Source: Acidimicrobiia bacterium (lineage in GTDB: Bacteria; Actinomycetota; Acidimicrobiia; IMCC26256; JAGPDB01). Taken from it: DNA of 64,000 bases. The stretch covers positions 32,138 through 96,137 of the forward strand of contig JAGPDB010000002.1 of assembly GCA_018057765.1 (NCBI GenBank), given 5' to 3'. The notes beneath the pieces were generated by a model. That model searched no databases. It was not told where the DNA came from and was given only the letters and a program-made list of their open reading frames with translations. The translations under genes and the position numbers were made by a program. Of this stretch, positions 10,041 through 19,774 are shown in pieces. Position 1 is the first letter of the stretch, and each line of letters begins with the position of its first letter.

Positions 10041-10506
10041 ACATATACTTTACGTCAAAAGGGCGTATTGTGATACTTTAAGTCGTAAATACAGGAATAA
10101 TGTGAAGTGCGTATATTAGTTTACTAAACCTGGTGTAGATGTTACTGCCACTGTCGTATCAGTCAACGCACTTCTCGGTACATAGTTCATTTTTCTTACA
10201 TTTGGTAAAGCAGGCTCTGCAGGCATACCTAGATGCCTTTGTGAATCTAATCCAGCTGACACACCGCTCACAGCTGGAGATGTTGCTTCTTGATGTGGAC
10301 TTGGTATATTTGCTTGAGACATATTAACACTCTACATACATAAGACTTAATATGTCAAGAATACAGAAATTTTAGTTTGTATATCGTAAAGTTTAATGTT
10401 AGAAGTAATACAAACAGCAGTAATATAAGAATATATATCTTACATCACATATGGTGTATATACATTAAGTTGACATTAAAGAACGATTTCTTCTATTCTT
10501 ATCTTC

Positions 10507-11322
10507 ATGCTAAAAACACTATCTAAGGGATATTATGGACCATTTAAAGCCACACGCTTGATTGGTAGGGGCCACTCTGGAAAATTAGCTACCACACTCA
10601 GAAATTATCGCGATTTAGATTATTCACATGCATTTAACCTGATAGGAACTAATCATGGAGATCAGGTTGCGCAAAATATTATGAGCTTTATGGCTAAACG
10701 CCATGGAATAATTGTTAAAGAACTAATTCGTCAAAAGAAATTTACTGAGCTACTCAAAAATATAAAAATATTGAATAGTGAAGTTACTAGCAGGATCGAG
10801 CCAAACGAATTAGCGAAGCTCGCTATTGACTTAGATGATGTCGAAGGGTTAAGTGAATTAGATAAGACAAAGCGTATTGGTAAACTAGTAAATTATCTAA
10901 GCAACTTTGATACCTATAAATTAGATAAATATGTTGCTCAAGCCATTATCGACGCTGGACTAATTAAACAGTTTTCTGAGAATTTAAATAAATTTTTTGA
11001 TCTCGATTTAAAAATAGTGCTCCAATTATTTGAAGCGGGATACGGCGAAAAAGCCTCACTAAATAATCGTAGCTTTAAAGACGTAAGCATCAAAAAAGAA
11101 ATTCTTCCATATACTGGCCACGCCATCTATGGAATTCAAACCCCATCCTCCATAGAAGATGAAGAACCCATCCTGAGAATATTTACTGAAGATACTATGA
11201 TCCTGGACAGTTCAAATGCAGATACAGAAACACGATTTCTTGAATTTATGAGACATGCCAGTTCGCAAATAACTGATGGTGCAAATAAAATAGCCACAAG
11301 TTTTCAACTGACTAATCCTTAA
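10507..11322 (+). CDS. Hypothetical repeat protein (271 aa), paralogous to the 8877-10040 product by repeat type
   Basis: The same roughly 24-aa repeat family (YVAQAIIDAGLIKQFSENLNKF, LKIVLQLFEAGYGEKASLNNRSF). Confidence 0.6.
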   Translation: MLKTLSKGYYGPFKATRLIGRGHSGKLATTLRNYRDLDYSHAFNLIGTNHGDQVAQNIMSFMAKRHGIIVKELIRQKKFTELLKNIKILNSEVTSRIEPNELAKLAIDLDDVEGLSELDKTKRIGKLVNYLSNFDTYKLDKYVAQAIIDAGLIKQFSENLNKFFDLDLKIVLQLFEAGYGEKASLNNRSFKDVSIKKEILPYTGHAIYGIQTPSSIEDEEPILRIFTEDTMILDSSNADTETRFLEFMRHASSQITDGANKIATSFQLTNP

Positions 11323-11403
11323 TTTACACTAATAAGTTAATAGTTTCCTAAAATTATAAATCTGTGGACAACTTCGCTAAAGGCTAAACCTTAATACTTG
11401 CTT

Positions 11404-11523
11404 CGCAGGGCACAAGGGACCCAGAACTACCGTACCCCAACCAGGTTGGGGAAATAAATATATGCAGGACACAAGGGACCCAGAACTACCGTACCCCAAC
11501 CAGGTTGGGGAAATAAATATATG
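11404..11523. repeat. Two tandem 60-bp direct repeats that are degenerate copies of the 3' end of the adjacent tRNA-Trp (att-like pseudo-tRNA ends)
   Basis: The unit gcagg(g/a)cacaagggacccagaactaccgtaccccaaccaggttggggaaataaatatat occurs twice, followed by the real tRNA beginning gcagggcaggagggactcgaacccccaacc. Each unit has an internal perfect hairpin ccccaacc-a-ggttgggg. Confidence 0.75.
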
Positions 11524-11597
11524 CAGGGCAGGAGGGACTCGAACCCCCAACCGCCGGATTTGGAATCCGATGCGCTACCAATTGCGCCACTGCCCTT
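11524..11597 (-). tRNA. trnW: tRNA-Trp (anticodon CCA)
   Basis: The reverse complement reads AGGGCAGTGGCGCAATTGGTAGCGCATCGGATTCCAAATCCGGCGGTTGGGGGTTCGAGTCCCTCCTGCCCTG. Has a cloverleaf with TTCGAGT T-loop and anticodon loop TTCCAAA. Confidence 0.9.
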
Positions 11598-11761
11598 TGG
11601 TTCAGCAATTCATAATTTTAAGAAAGCTAAGTTAGTAATCTTAGCAACTATGACGCACTTAACGAATAACGTGCGGATGAATTATTATGAATTTCATAAA
11701 GTCCCATGTTAAGGTGACGATACCCATTCAAATCAAACAATAACTTAATCAAGGAATTAAA

Positions 11762-13834
11762 ATGCCATTAGTTACCATATTAATAATAATAGGAATATTC
11801 ATTCTCGTAATTGTTGCGTTTAAATCAATTACAGTTATAGGCCCAACACAAATTGGTTTGGTTAGAAAAAATTTCTCTTTCAAAAAATTGCATGATGATT
11901 CCCCAATTGCGTTTAATGGTGAAGCAGGATACCAAGCAAAATTATTAATGCCAGGTTTGCGATTTAAACTTTACCCTGTTTTCTCTGTACAAAAATTCCC
12001 TTGGGTTCAAGTTCCTGCTGGTGAGATTGGTGTTGTTATTGCTCAAACTGGTTCTCCTCTCCCTATAGGTGCGAAGTCTGCTATCTATAAACCAATATTT
12101 GAAAATTTTTCTAATGTAGAAACTTTCTTAGTAAACAAAGGACAAAAAGGTGTTCAACGACCTGTTCTTCCTCCTGGTACTTTGGTACCAATTCATCCTG
12201 TTGCTTTTCTTGTTATTACAAGCCGCGAAGTTTTTGGTTTGCCTGTCTCACCAGATTTTGCAACTATTTCACGAAAGGGTGGCTTGACTCCACAGCATTT
12301 TGGTTTGAATCCAGAACAACTTCGTGTTGTTGAAATTTCTCCACAGGGCGATAGAGATGTTTTAGGTATTGTTACAACTCTTGAAGGCGACCCACTACCA
12401 AGTGGTGATATCGCTGGTCGACTAAATGGTTTTGCTGATGTACAAGAAAAAGAAAACCAAGATGCGACTGATGCTGAACTCATCGACATGATTATTGGTA
12501 CTAAAAATGAATTACACAATAACTATCAAGATTTCCAATTATTTTTAGATAATGGTGGAAAAATTGGTCTACAACACGACCCTTTGCTTTATGGTGCATA
12601 TTTGTTGAACCCGTTTTTAGTTCGCGTTGAACTTGTCCCAATGTTGGTTGTAAACCAAGGTGAGGTTGCTGTTATAAAAGGATACGTAGGTTTACCAACT
12701 CTAGATACTTCCGGAGTTGAATTCAAACATGGTTCAATAGTGCGACCTGGCCATCGCGGTATCTGGCAAGAGCCGCTGCGCACAGGTAAATTCCCTATCA
12801 ACCCAAGATGCTATGCAGCAGAAATAGTTCCTACTTCAATTCTGACATTGAACTGGTCTGACGAAAATTCTCAAGCTCATGATTTAGACGCACACCTTAA
12901 AGCTATTAATGGTAAATCTCGTGAAGGTTTCGTTTTTAGTTTGGAGTTACAAGTACAAATTCATGTTCCAGATACGAAAGCACCGAAAGTAATTTCTATG
13001 GTCGGAACAATGATGAATCTTGTCAATGAAGTTTTACAAAGTGCTGTAGGTAACCATTTTAGAAACACTTTACAAGCTGCTGAAGCTGTTACTTTTATTG
13101 AAACTCGCCAACAAGTTCAGGAAGATGCATTGATAGCAGTTACCCGACATTTGTCTAATTATGAAGTTGAGACTAAAGGTGTATATATACAAAATGTTGA
13201 ATTCCCACCAGAATTAGTTGAAGTATTAACTCGTCGTGAAATTGCAAACCAAGAAAAGGCTACTTTCCAAGAACAAGAACGTGCACAAATTGTTCGTGTA
13301 CAAATGGAGAAAGCAAAAGGTACTGCCGACATGCAGAGTTCGCTTGCTAGTGCTCAAGTAAAAGTAGAAATTTCTAAAAATGAGGCAATGGCCAAAGAAG
13401 CTGCCGCTGGAGGTGAAGCCGCATTTATATCTACTACAGGTAAAGCTGAAGGTGAAAAAATTGCAGCAATAGGTTTAGCAAATGCTTCTGCAAAACAGGC
13501 TTATGTTTTAGCTGTCGCTAAAGGTGCTGAAGCACTTGGACTTGCTCGAGCACGAGGGTACGAAGAACAAGTGCGGGCTGTTGGTGTTCAAACTACCGGT
13601 TTAGTTGCTGTAGCCAATGCGATTTCAGAAGGCAAGATTACTGTAATGCCAGAAATTTTGGTTAATGGTGGTGGCGGTGCTGGAGAAGGTTTAGCTGCAA
13701 CACTTATGGGTTGGTTAAAATCTATGGGATCTGACGTTAACTCAAGCGAGAAACTTAAAGATGAGGTCAAAGAAGTTGTTAAACAAAATATAAAAGAAAA
13801 AATTGAAATAAAACCAATAGACACTATATCTTAA
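11762..13834 (+). CDS. Flotillin-like SPFH/band-7 domain protein (YqiK/FloA-like)
   Basis: An N-terminal TM helix, an SPFH domain, then a long Ala/Glu-rich coiled coil (EAAAGGEAAFISTTGKAEGEKIAAIGLANASAKQAYVLAVAKGAEALG) typical of flotillins. Confidence 0.85.
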   Translation: MPLVTILIIIGIFILVIVAFKSITVIGPTQIGLVRKNFSFKKLHDDSPIAFNGEAGYQAKLLMPGLRFKLYPVFSVQKFPWVQVPAGEIGVVIAQTGSPLPIGAKSAIYKPIFENFSNVETFLVNKGQKGVQRPVLPPGTLVPIHPVAFLVITSREVFGLPVSPDFATISRKGGLTPQHFGLNPEQLRVVEISPQGDRDVLGIVTTLEGDPLPSGDIAGRLNGFADVQEKENQDATDAELIDMIIGTKNELHNNYQDFQLFLDNGGKIGLQHDPLLYGAYLLNPFLVRVELVPMLVVNQGEVAVIKGYVGLPTLDTSGVEFKHGSIVRPGHRGIWQEPLRTGKFPINPRCYAAEIVPTSILTLNWSDENSQAHDLDAHLKAINGKSREGFVFSLELQVQIHVPDTKAPKVISMVGTMMNLVNEVLQSAVGNHFRNTLQAAEAVTFIETRQQVQEDALIAVTRHLSNYEVETKGVYIQNVEFPPELVEVLTRREIANQEKATFQEQERAQIVRVQMEKAKGTADMQSSLASAQVKVEISKNEAMAKEAAAGGEAAFISTTGKAEGEKIAAIGLANASAKQAYVLAVAKGAEALGLARARGYEEQVRAVGVQTTGLVAVANAISEGKITVMPEILVNGGGGAGEGLAATLMGWLKSMGSDVNSSEKLKDEVKEVVKQNIKEKIEIKPIDTIS

Positions 13835-13841
13835 ATACTAT

Positions 13842-14810
13842 CTATCCTTCTTGACTAGACTTTTTAATATTTTTTCGGTTGACTATTGTTTTTACGATCA
13901 AAATTATAAGTCCAAACAAAATTATGAATGGGAATGTTGCTCCCAGGATTATTACGATTCCACCAAGTGAAGTCAATAACGACTTAGATGATTTATCCCA
14001 CGACTTTCCTAAAATCGATTTCGAACCCTCGTCTTGCGCTGATGAAGTTTCTCCTTTTTCAGTGAGAGTTACAGTTATTGTCGATAGCGATATTTGTTCG
14101 TTTAATAATTCTTGTTGACCTTTAGTATTTTCGATATCTGACTGTACATCGAATATTTGTTGCTGTATATCAAGAGCACTATTTGGTGTCGCCTTTTCAA
14201 GAGCAACGAGTAGAACCGCTTTTCGTTGTTCTAAAATTGCTAGTCGAGCAGTATAATCTTTTACGTTATATGACTCATCAAATGAATCTAGAGAAGAACC
14301 TGTTACTGTACCTAATTCACGTAGTGCAACTAATTGTTCATCTAATTTGTCGCTTGGAATTCGAACAGTAATAACCGCACTATGTAGAGTTGAATCATTA
14401 CTTTGAATATATCCTCCATCTTTTTTGATGATCAAGACAACTTTGTCATAGTTCTTTGTTAAAGAATTTTTATCAATAGTTATATCAATAGTTCCAGTTT
14501 TAACAATATACTTACTTAATGGGTCGCCAATATTTGACTGAGGTGCTTGCTCTGTAAGACCATTTTTAGTTTCGGAACCAGACTTAGACGTTTCAAAACC
14601 ACTGTCTTGGCTTGAACTGTTCGAATCATTTATACCAGGAATATCCTGCGCATCCGATCTTACACCAACTAATCCATCCTGATTCCTATAAGTAGACGGT
14701 GATGCTTTTTGCGAATCTTTTTCTGCACCCAATTCGTTTATTCCAACGAAATATCCAGATATTAATAGGAAAACTATTGCTGTACTTAATACTATTTTCT
14801 TCATGGCCAC
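13842..14810 (-). CDS. Membrane-anchored secreted protein, possibly DUF4349-like
   Basis: An N-terminal signal/TM segment, a central coiled-coil/Gln-rich region and a C-terminal TM anchor (GGIVIILGATFPFIILFGLIILIV). The family assignment is tentative. Confidence 0.55.
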   Translation of the reverse strand: MAMKKIVLSTAIVFLLISGYFVGINELGAEKDSQKASPSTYRNQDGLVGVRSDAQDIPGINDSNSSSQDSGFETSKSGSETKNGLTEQAPQSNIGDPLSKYIVKTGTIDITIDKNSLTKNYDKVVLIIKKDGGYIQSNDSTLHSAVITVRIPSDKLDEQLVALRELGTVTGSSLDSFDESYNVKDYTARLAILEQRKAVLLVALEKATPNSALDIQQQIFDVQSDIENTKGQQELLNEQISLSTITVTLTEKGETSSAQDEGSKSILGKSWDKSSKSLLTSLGGIVIILGATFPFIILFGLIILIVKTIVNRKNIKKSSQEG

Positions 14811-15157
14811 TCCTTGTTTTTTGAATCTACAGGTTGTGACGTCATGAAGAAAGAAATAGTTCCAAAATTGGTGTTTTATTATTTTATTTTTAGAGTTTCT
14901 TCATACTTAGATGGATGATAATCATAATCTTTTGGGTTCGATTTAGCATTTCCTATATTCTTTTTGCAATATTGCAATATTTTTTTGCTCAACACGGTTT
15001 GTGTAAAGCTCTTTATTTAGTGCAGCAATTGCTAATACTTCTGTTGAATCTGTATACTCTAAAAATGCTCCTGTTTCTAGTTAATCATTGATACTTACAT
15101 CTAAGAATTTTTGATTTTCTCACAATGGACAGATATTAAATAAGACATTGCGAGGGT

Positions 15158-16048
15158 TTATTCATACTTGCCGCTAGTCAAATTTTTTTTAATTTCTTCA
15201 ATTGCAGTATTTATCTTTGCTTTATTGCCTAGCTTTAAATTGTATTCTAAATCCCGAAAAGCAATGATGCTAGCGCGCAAGGCAATTTTCCTATTTAAAA
15301 TATCATTAGCGCCATATGATTTTAATGCTGATTCCAGAACCACTTGATCTTGTATGGCACAAAAATCTTGCGAAGCATCATAGTAGCCCAAATCTCCAAA
15401 ATCTATTACCCCAATAAAACCATCTTTCTTCATAATAAGGTTCCCGTAGCCGATGTCTCCGTGACACATTACTGGTTCAATTCCAAGTGACTGTATTTTT
15501 GTTGGAAATAATTCTTTAACAAAGTTATTCAAAATAGATATTTCATTCAAACTAAATAACTCTTTGAGAGCCATTTGTAAATTTGTATACTTCTGACCCA
15601 ATAACAATATTTCGTCTTCAAGAGATATTCTTTCCAATCCATCTAGTTCCAATGAATGCAACTTCTTTAGAAAGGTACCCAATGTAATGCCGATATGGAT
15701 TTTAGTTTCAGCGTCGAGTTCATTTTGTATATCTCTTAATTCTGATCCGACGACACCTTCGTAACCTATATATTCGTATTTGTCAGACACCCAAAGAATT
15801 TTTGGTACTTGAATGCTCAGTTGTTGATTCTCTAAAAGATAGTATATTTTTACTTCACTTCGGTAGTCGTCTTTCACTTCGGAACGTCTTGGAAACTTAA
15901 AAACATACTTACCTGAATCGACAATGTAGACACGACTCATCCAACCAGTTTCATTTAATTCAATTTGAACATTTGCATTACCCTCTAAGTCACTAACAAG
16001 CTCGACAACAATTGCTTTCTCATCATCAATATTAAATGCCATAATCAA
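15158..16048 (-). CDS. Aminoglycoside/choline-kinase-like phosphotransferase (APH family, protein-kinase-like fold)
   Basis: Catalytic motifs HGDIGYGNLIM (a Brenner HGDxxxxN motif) and IDFGD (a DFG-like motif). 296 aa. The start overlaps the upstream gene stop (ATGA). Confidence 0.8.
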   Translation of the reverse strand: MIMAFNIDDEKAIVVELVSDLEGNANVQIELNETGWMSRVYIVDSGKYVFKFPRRSEVKDDYRSEVKIYYLLENQQLSIQVPKILWVSDKYEYIGYEGVVGSELRDIQNELDAETKIHIGITLGTFLKKLHSLELDGLERISLEDEILLLGQKYTNLQMALKELFSLNEISILNNFVKELFPTKIQSLGIEPVMCHGDIGYGNLIMKKDGFIGVIDFGDLGYYDASQDFCAIQDQVVLESALKSYGANDILNRKIALRASIIAFRDLEYNLKLGNKAKINTAIEEIKKNLTSGKYE

Positions 16049-18324
16049 TTATTATAATTTGTACGAAAGAAGCTTGTAGCTAGTATCAAGACACCACTAG
16101 ATATTAGCAATATGGCAAAGAGTAAATTCTCTACAATATTCAGACCAGTACTAGAAAGTTCACCATTAGCAATACCTGTCACACTCCCAACAGAATTAAG
16201 ACCAGGAGCAACATTTTCATTTTCGAAATTAGATATCAATGGCACTGTAGTAGTTATGTTTTGAACAGGAGTAGTCACAATAGTTGTTGTAGTAGTGGAT
16301 TCTTGATCTGAATTAGGATCTCTCGTAGTATAAAGAGAACCTCCGTAAGCTCCGGCAACTAAATATGTACCACTTGCATTCATTGTAATGCTACGCCAGT
16401 CTGCTGAACCCAAATCGTCATGTCGAGTCCATGTGACTCCCCCGTCTGTTGAGGTATGTATATAGCCAGGATCTGCATAGTCTCTTTCTGTCGCTGCCAA
16501 AATGCTCCCATCAGCATTTGATGAAATAGACGTCCATTCGGTTTGAATACCTGATGATGTTCTTTCGATCCACGTTGTACCAGCATCAGAAGAAGTATAA
16601 ATATAGCCACCATTTGGATAGCTAGCATCTGTAGCAGCCAACATATTTCCGTCAGAACTAGATGTGATGGACATGAGGTTTTGTGAACCAATAACATTTC
16701 TAGCTACCCACGTAACTCCATAATCAGTTGACATATATGCATAATCATTTTCTACAGTCACCAATTTACTGCCGTCAGCACTTGAAGTAACACTGCTTAA
16801 ATATTGAGCGCCGGTCACTAGAGAAGTCGTCCAATTTTGTCCACCGTCGTTGGATAAATAAATTGTATCTGTACCATTTGCAGCAGCTAACTTTGTTCCA
16901 TCAGCACTAGAAGTAATTGATGTCCAATATTGAGTACCAAGGTCCGAGTTTTCAGTCCAAGTAAGTCCAGCATCGTTAGAGTTATATACATATCCACCGT
17001 TAACAAGTCCTATTAGTTTATTACCATCTGCGCTTGAAGTAACAAATATCCAATCGCGAGCACCCGAAGTAGTTTGTTGAACCCAAGTTACGCCAAAGTC
17101 ATTAGAGGTATATATATAATCTCCTGATGCACCTGCAGCGACCAGATTTTTACCATCTAAACTAGAATCTATTGATATCCACGGGTTGACTCCAGGAATA
17201 TTATTTTCTTTTTCCACCCATGTTGTACCAGAATCTGAAGAAATATAAATATAGCCTCCGCTAACATAGTTGTTGTCGGTAGCAATAATTTTGTTGGCAT
17301 CTTTAGAATAAGTAACAGTATCAAAATTATGCATGCCGCCTGTTACTGCCTGTGATGTCCATGTGGTGCCTGAATCATTCGAGATGTAAATACTTCCTCC
17401 ACCAAACTGTAAATTTACTGCTACTAATTTAGTGCCGTCGGAATTCGATGATATATATTTCCAATTACGATTTCCAGCTGAAGTTTGTTGTGTCCATGTA
17501 ACACCTGCATCATTTGAAGTATAGATATAGTTATTTCCAGCAACTGCTGCTAATTTATTCCCATCATCGCTAGAGGTTATTGAATAGTAGGCATGAGGTG
17601 CTCCCATTGAAGTTCTCTTTGTCCACGTTGCACCTGAATCATTAGAAGTATATATATAGCCTGATGATGAATTATTATTTGCTGCGGCTAACTTTGTACC
17701 ATCTGCACTAGATGCTATAGAAGTTACATAAAGAAATGAAGCAACTTCGACTCTAGATGAGTTCCATGTAATACCATAATCACTCGACTGATATACATAA
17801 CCACCACTGTAATCCCCAGTTGCAGCGATTTTTGAACCATCAGCACTCGACACAATAGATGTCCAATAATGAGAACCGCTTGCTGTTTGTTTTATCCAAG
17901 TAACGCCAGAATCAGAAGATGTATAAATATATCCCTCAATTTCTGCGAGTGCTAAATGTGTGCCATCAGCACTAGAAGAAATTCGGCTAAATTTTTTATT
18001 TACAGGAGTAGTCTGATCTACCCAAGTCTCTCCAGAATCGCTAGAAGTTTGAACAGTCCGATTATTTCTTATGACTGCTAACTTCGAACCATCATTGCTC
18101 GCTGCGACTGGACTCCAATAGTTATATCCATTCTTATCGATCTTATGCCATGTATATCCGCCATCTGCATTTGCAGGGATTGTCAAAACTATCAACAAAA
18201 AGAAAGCTGCCGAAATCATAAAGCGTGACCACAACACACGCTTTGTATTATTTGATGTCTCGAAAATATTCATATGTCGCTTTTCTTGATTTGTTCGATA
18301 TAACATCGACCAAAAAACAAGCAA
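16045..18324 (-). CDS. Cell-surface BNR/Asp-box repeat beta-propeller protein, Ycf48/sortilin-like (about 740-759 aa)
   Basis: At least 13 S-x-D-x-G-x-T-W Asp-box repeats (SSDSGETW, SSDSGVTW, SNDSGATW, SNDAGVTW and others). An N-terminal signal/TM segment, a Thr-rich linker and a C-terminal TM anchor. Alternative starts exist at 18273. Confidence 0.85.
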   Translation of the reverse strand: MLVFWSMLYRTNQEKRHMNIFETSNNTKRVLWSRFMISAAFFLLIVLTIPANADGGYTWHKIDKNGYNYWSPVAASNDGSKLAVIRNNRTVQTSSDSGETWVDQTTPVNKKFSRISSSADGTHLALAEIEGYIYTSSDSGVTWIKQTASGSHYWTSIVSSADGSKIAATGDYSGGYVYQSSDYGITWNSSRVEVASFLYVTSIASSADGTKLAAANNNSSSGYIYTSNDSGATWTKRTSMGAPHAYYSITSSDDGNKLAAVAGNNYIYTSNDAGVTWTQQTSAGNRNWKYISSNSDGTKLVAVNLQFGGGSIYISNDSGTTWTSQAVTGGMHNFDTVTYSKDANKIIATDNNYVSGGYIYISSDSGTTWVEKENNIPGVNPWISIDSSLDGKNLVAAGASGDYIYTSNDFGVTWVQQTTSGARDWIFVTSSADGNKLIGLVNGGYVYNSNDAGLTWTENSDLGTQYWTSITSSADGTKLAAANGTDTIYLSNDGGQNWTTSLVTGAQYLSSVTSSADGSKLVTVENDYAYMSTDYGVTWVARNVIGSQNLMSITSSSDGNMLAATDASYPNGGYIYTSSDAGTTWIERTSSGIQTEWTSISSNADGSILAATERDYADPGYIHTSTDGGVTWTRHDDLGSADWRSITMNASGTYLVAGAYGGSLYTTRDPNSDQESTTTTTIVTTPVQNITTTVPLISNFENENVAPGLNSVGSVTGIANGELSSTGLNIVENLLFAILLISSGVLILATSFFRTNYNN

Positions 18325-18349
18325 AGTTGACAGATAAAAATAGTATTAT

Positions 18350-18604
18350 TTAATCAAAGATACTTAATTCAAGCATTAAACCTTGATGATCGTAAAGCTT
18401 GATACATTCTTGACCACAATTAAGTGCTGCTTCTACAACTTCTTCAGCTCTGTCTGGGTCTACAGCTGCTATTTTATTAGGGTCTTCTAATAGTCCATCA
18501 TTTGGGTCAACAACAAATGCTACACCTCCGGTTTCTTCAATTACAAAAATACCAGGCGCATCAGTTACACAAGTCCCAATACCAGTACATGAATCACGAT
18601 CCAC
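18350..18604 (-). CDS. Small single-cluster ferredoxin (3Fe-4S/4Fe-4S type)
   Basis: Motif C-x-G-x-G-x-C-x3-AP-x2-F near the N-terminus and a distal Cys in NCGQEC. The start is GTG at 18604, preceded by GGAG. An in-frame stop lies 11 codons upstream. Confidence 0.7.
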   Translation of the reverse strand: MDRDSCTGIGTCVTDAPGIFVIEETGGVAFVVDPNDGLLEDPNKIAAVDPDRAEEVVEAALNCGQECIKLYDHQGLMLELSIFD

Positions 18605-18761
18605 CCTTACTCCAACAACACTATTAATGTCACTGCAACTTCCGCACCATTAGCTGGTGTAGTTTGTCCAGTCATAATAACCTCTTCCTTGTCTTGAACT
18701 TGCAATAAAAAGTATCACTTAATTTCTCACTTTGTCAAAATCCAAGGTAGTTCTAATGATA

Positions 18762-19361
18762 TTACATAGTTAAACTGACTGAAGTTGATAAGTCAAGCAA
18801 CTGGTTACTCAAAGCTAATCTTACTGGATCAGTTAATGTGTGATTTAGTGGAACGGGTGATCTTTTTTCTATTTCGTAAGGATGTAGTACGTGATGGGCT
18901 CTTCGTTGTAGTTCTTCGGGAATTTGAGATTTCCACCCAGGTCTTTTATAAAGTAGATTAAAGGCTGCCAATCTAAGGATAAAAGGGTTAGCCTTGCCTT
19001 TTGGATCTTTGCGCAAATCAACTATGGTTGAATTTGGAGCGAGAGTCTCAGGTAGGAAAGACGAAGTCTGATCATCAAGTATCTTTTCAGATTCTTTGAT
19101 TATCAACTTTTCTACTTCTAATCTCAAATTTCGGTTTTGAAATCTTCCGTTTTGTTCTGTAGATAATCTAAAGAGATTTCTTAAAACATACTTTTGTAAT
19201 TCTGTCGGAAATATTTCTGGCTTTTTGTGAAGTAGTTTTAATGCTTTTACACAATCAGCTTGAGAATTCATCAAAATGGTATCAATACATAGAAGCAGCC
19301 TATTTATGTCATCTATCTTAAGAACCTCTCGCACCAAGTCATCTTGTTTTCGTCTTGCCAT
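18762..19361 (-). CDS. Hypothetical protein (199 aa)
   Basis: A clean ORF with no family recognised. Confidence 0.5.
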   Translation of the reverse strand: MARRKQDDLVREVLKIDDINRLLLCIDTILMNSQADCVKALKLLHKKPEIFPTELQKYVLRNLFRLSTEQNGRFQNRNLRLEVEKLIIKESEKILDDQTSSFLPETLAPNSTIVDLRKDPKGKANPFILRLAAFNLLYKRPGWKSQIPEELQRRAHHVLHPYEIEKRSPVPLNHTLTDPVRLALSNQLLDLSTSVSLTM

Positions 19362-19774
19362 ATATCAATTATATAGAGCCATCAAGATTTGTGCAATTAT
19401 CCCGATTTAAACCATTTCATATAGAATATCATTTATAAAAGTTAAAGAAGCCATAAAATATCATCTAAAGGCAATTCAGTATGTACAATGCTTTTATTCA
19501 TTACTTTATATGTCCGAAAAGTACCTGCAAGCGGAATCAACATTATAATTGCACTTAACCAAAATGTTTAACACAATTGCTATTAACCACATATTATTAC
19601 TTCAAGAGCAACGAAAGTAGTCATTTTTAATTCAATAAAACATTTAATATAAGTGATACCGCCTAATTAAATATGCCTAAAAATCGACAATGACTATCGA
19701 ACAGGCTGAGAAAATGAAAAAAGTTTTCACAAAATATTCTAAACTATTCTACTGAAGTAAAATAGAAAGTAGTA

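Noticed and set aside
10116-10327. Pair of mutually overlapping small ORFs (68 aa on minus, 62 aa on plus)
   Set aside because: They overlap each other with no RBS and no family. They lie in the AT-rich divergent promoter region between the two repeat-protein genes. Possibly one is real, but there is no way to choose.
11404-11523. Possibility that the tandem 60-bp units or other direct repeats form a CRISPR array
   Set aside because: Only two or three units, directly abutting without spacers, and homologous to the tRNA 3' end. No cas genes anywhere in the window.
11521-11712. 63-aa ORF
   Set aside because: Overlaps tRNA-Trp on the opposite strand and starts inside the tandem pseudo-tRNA repeats.
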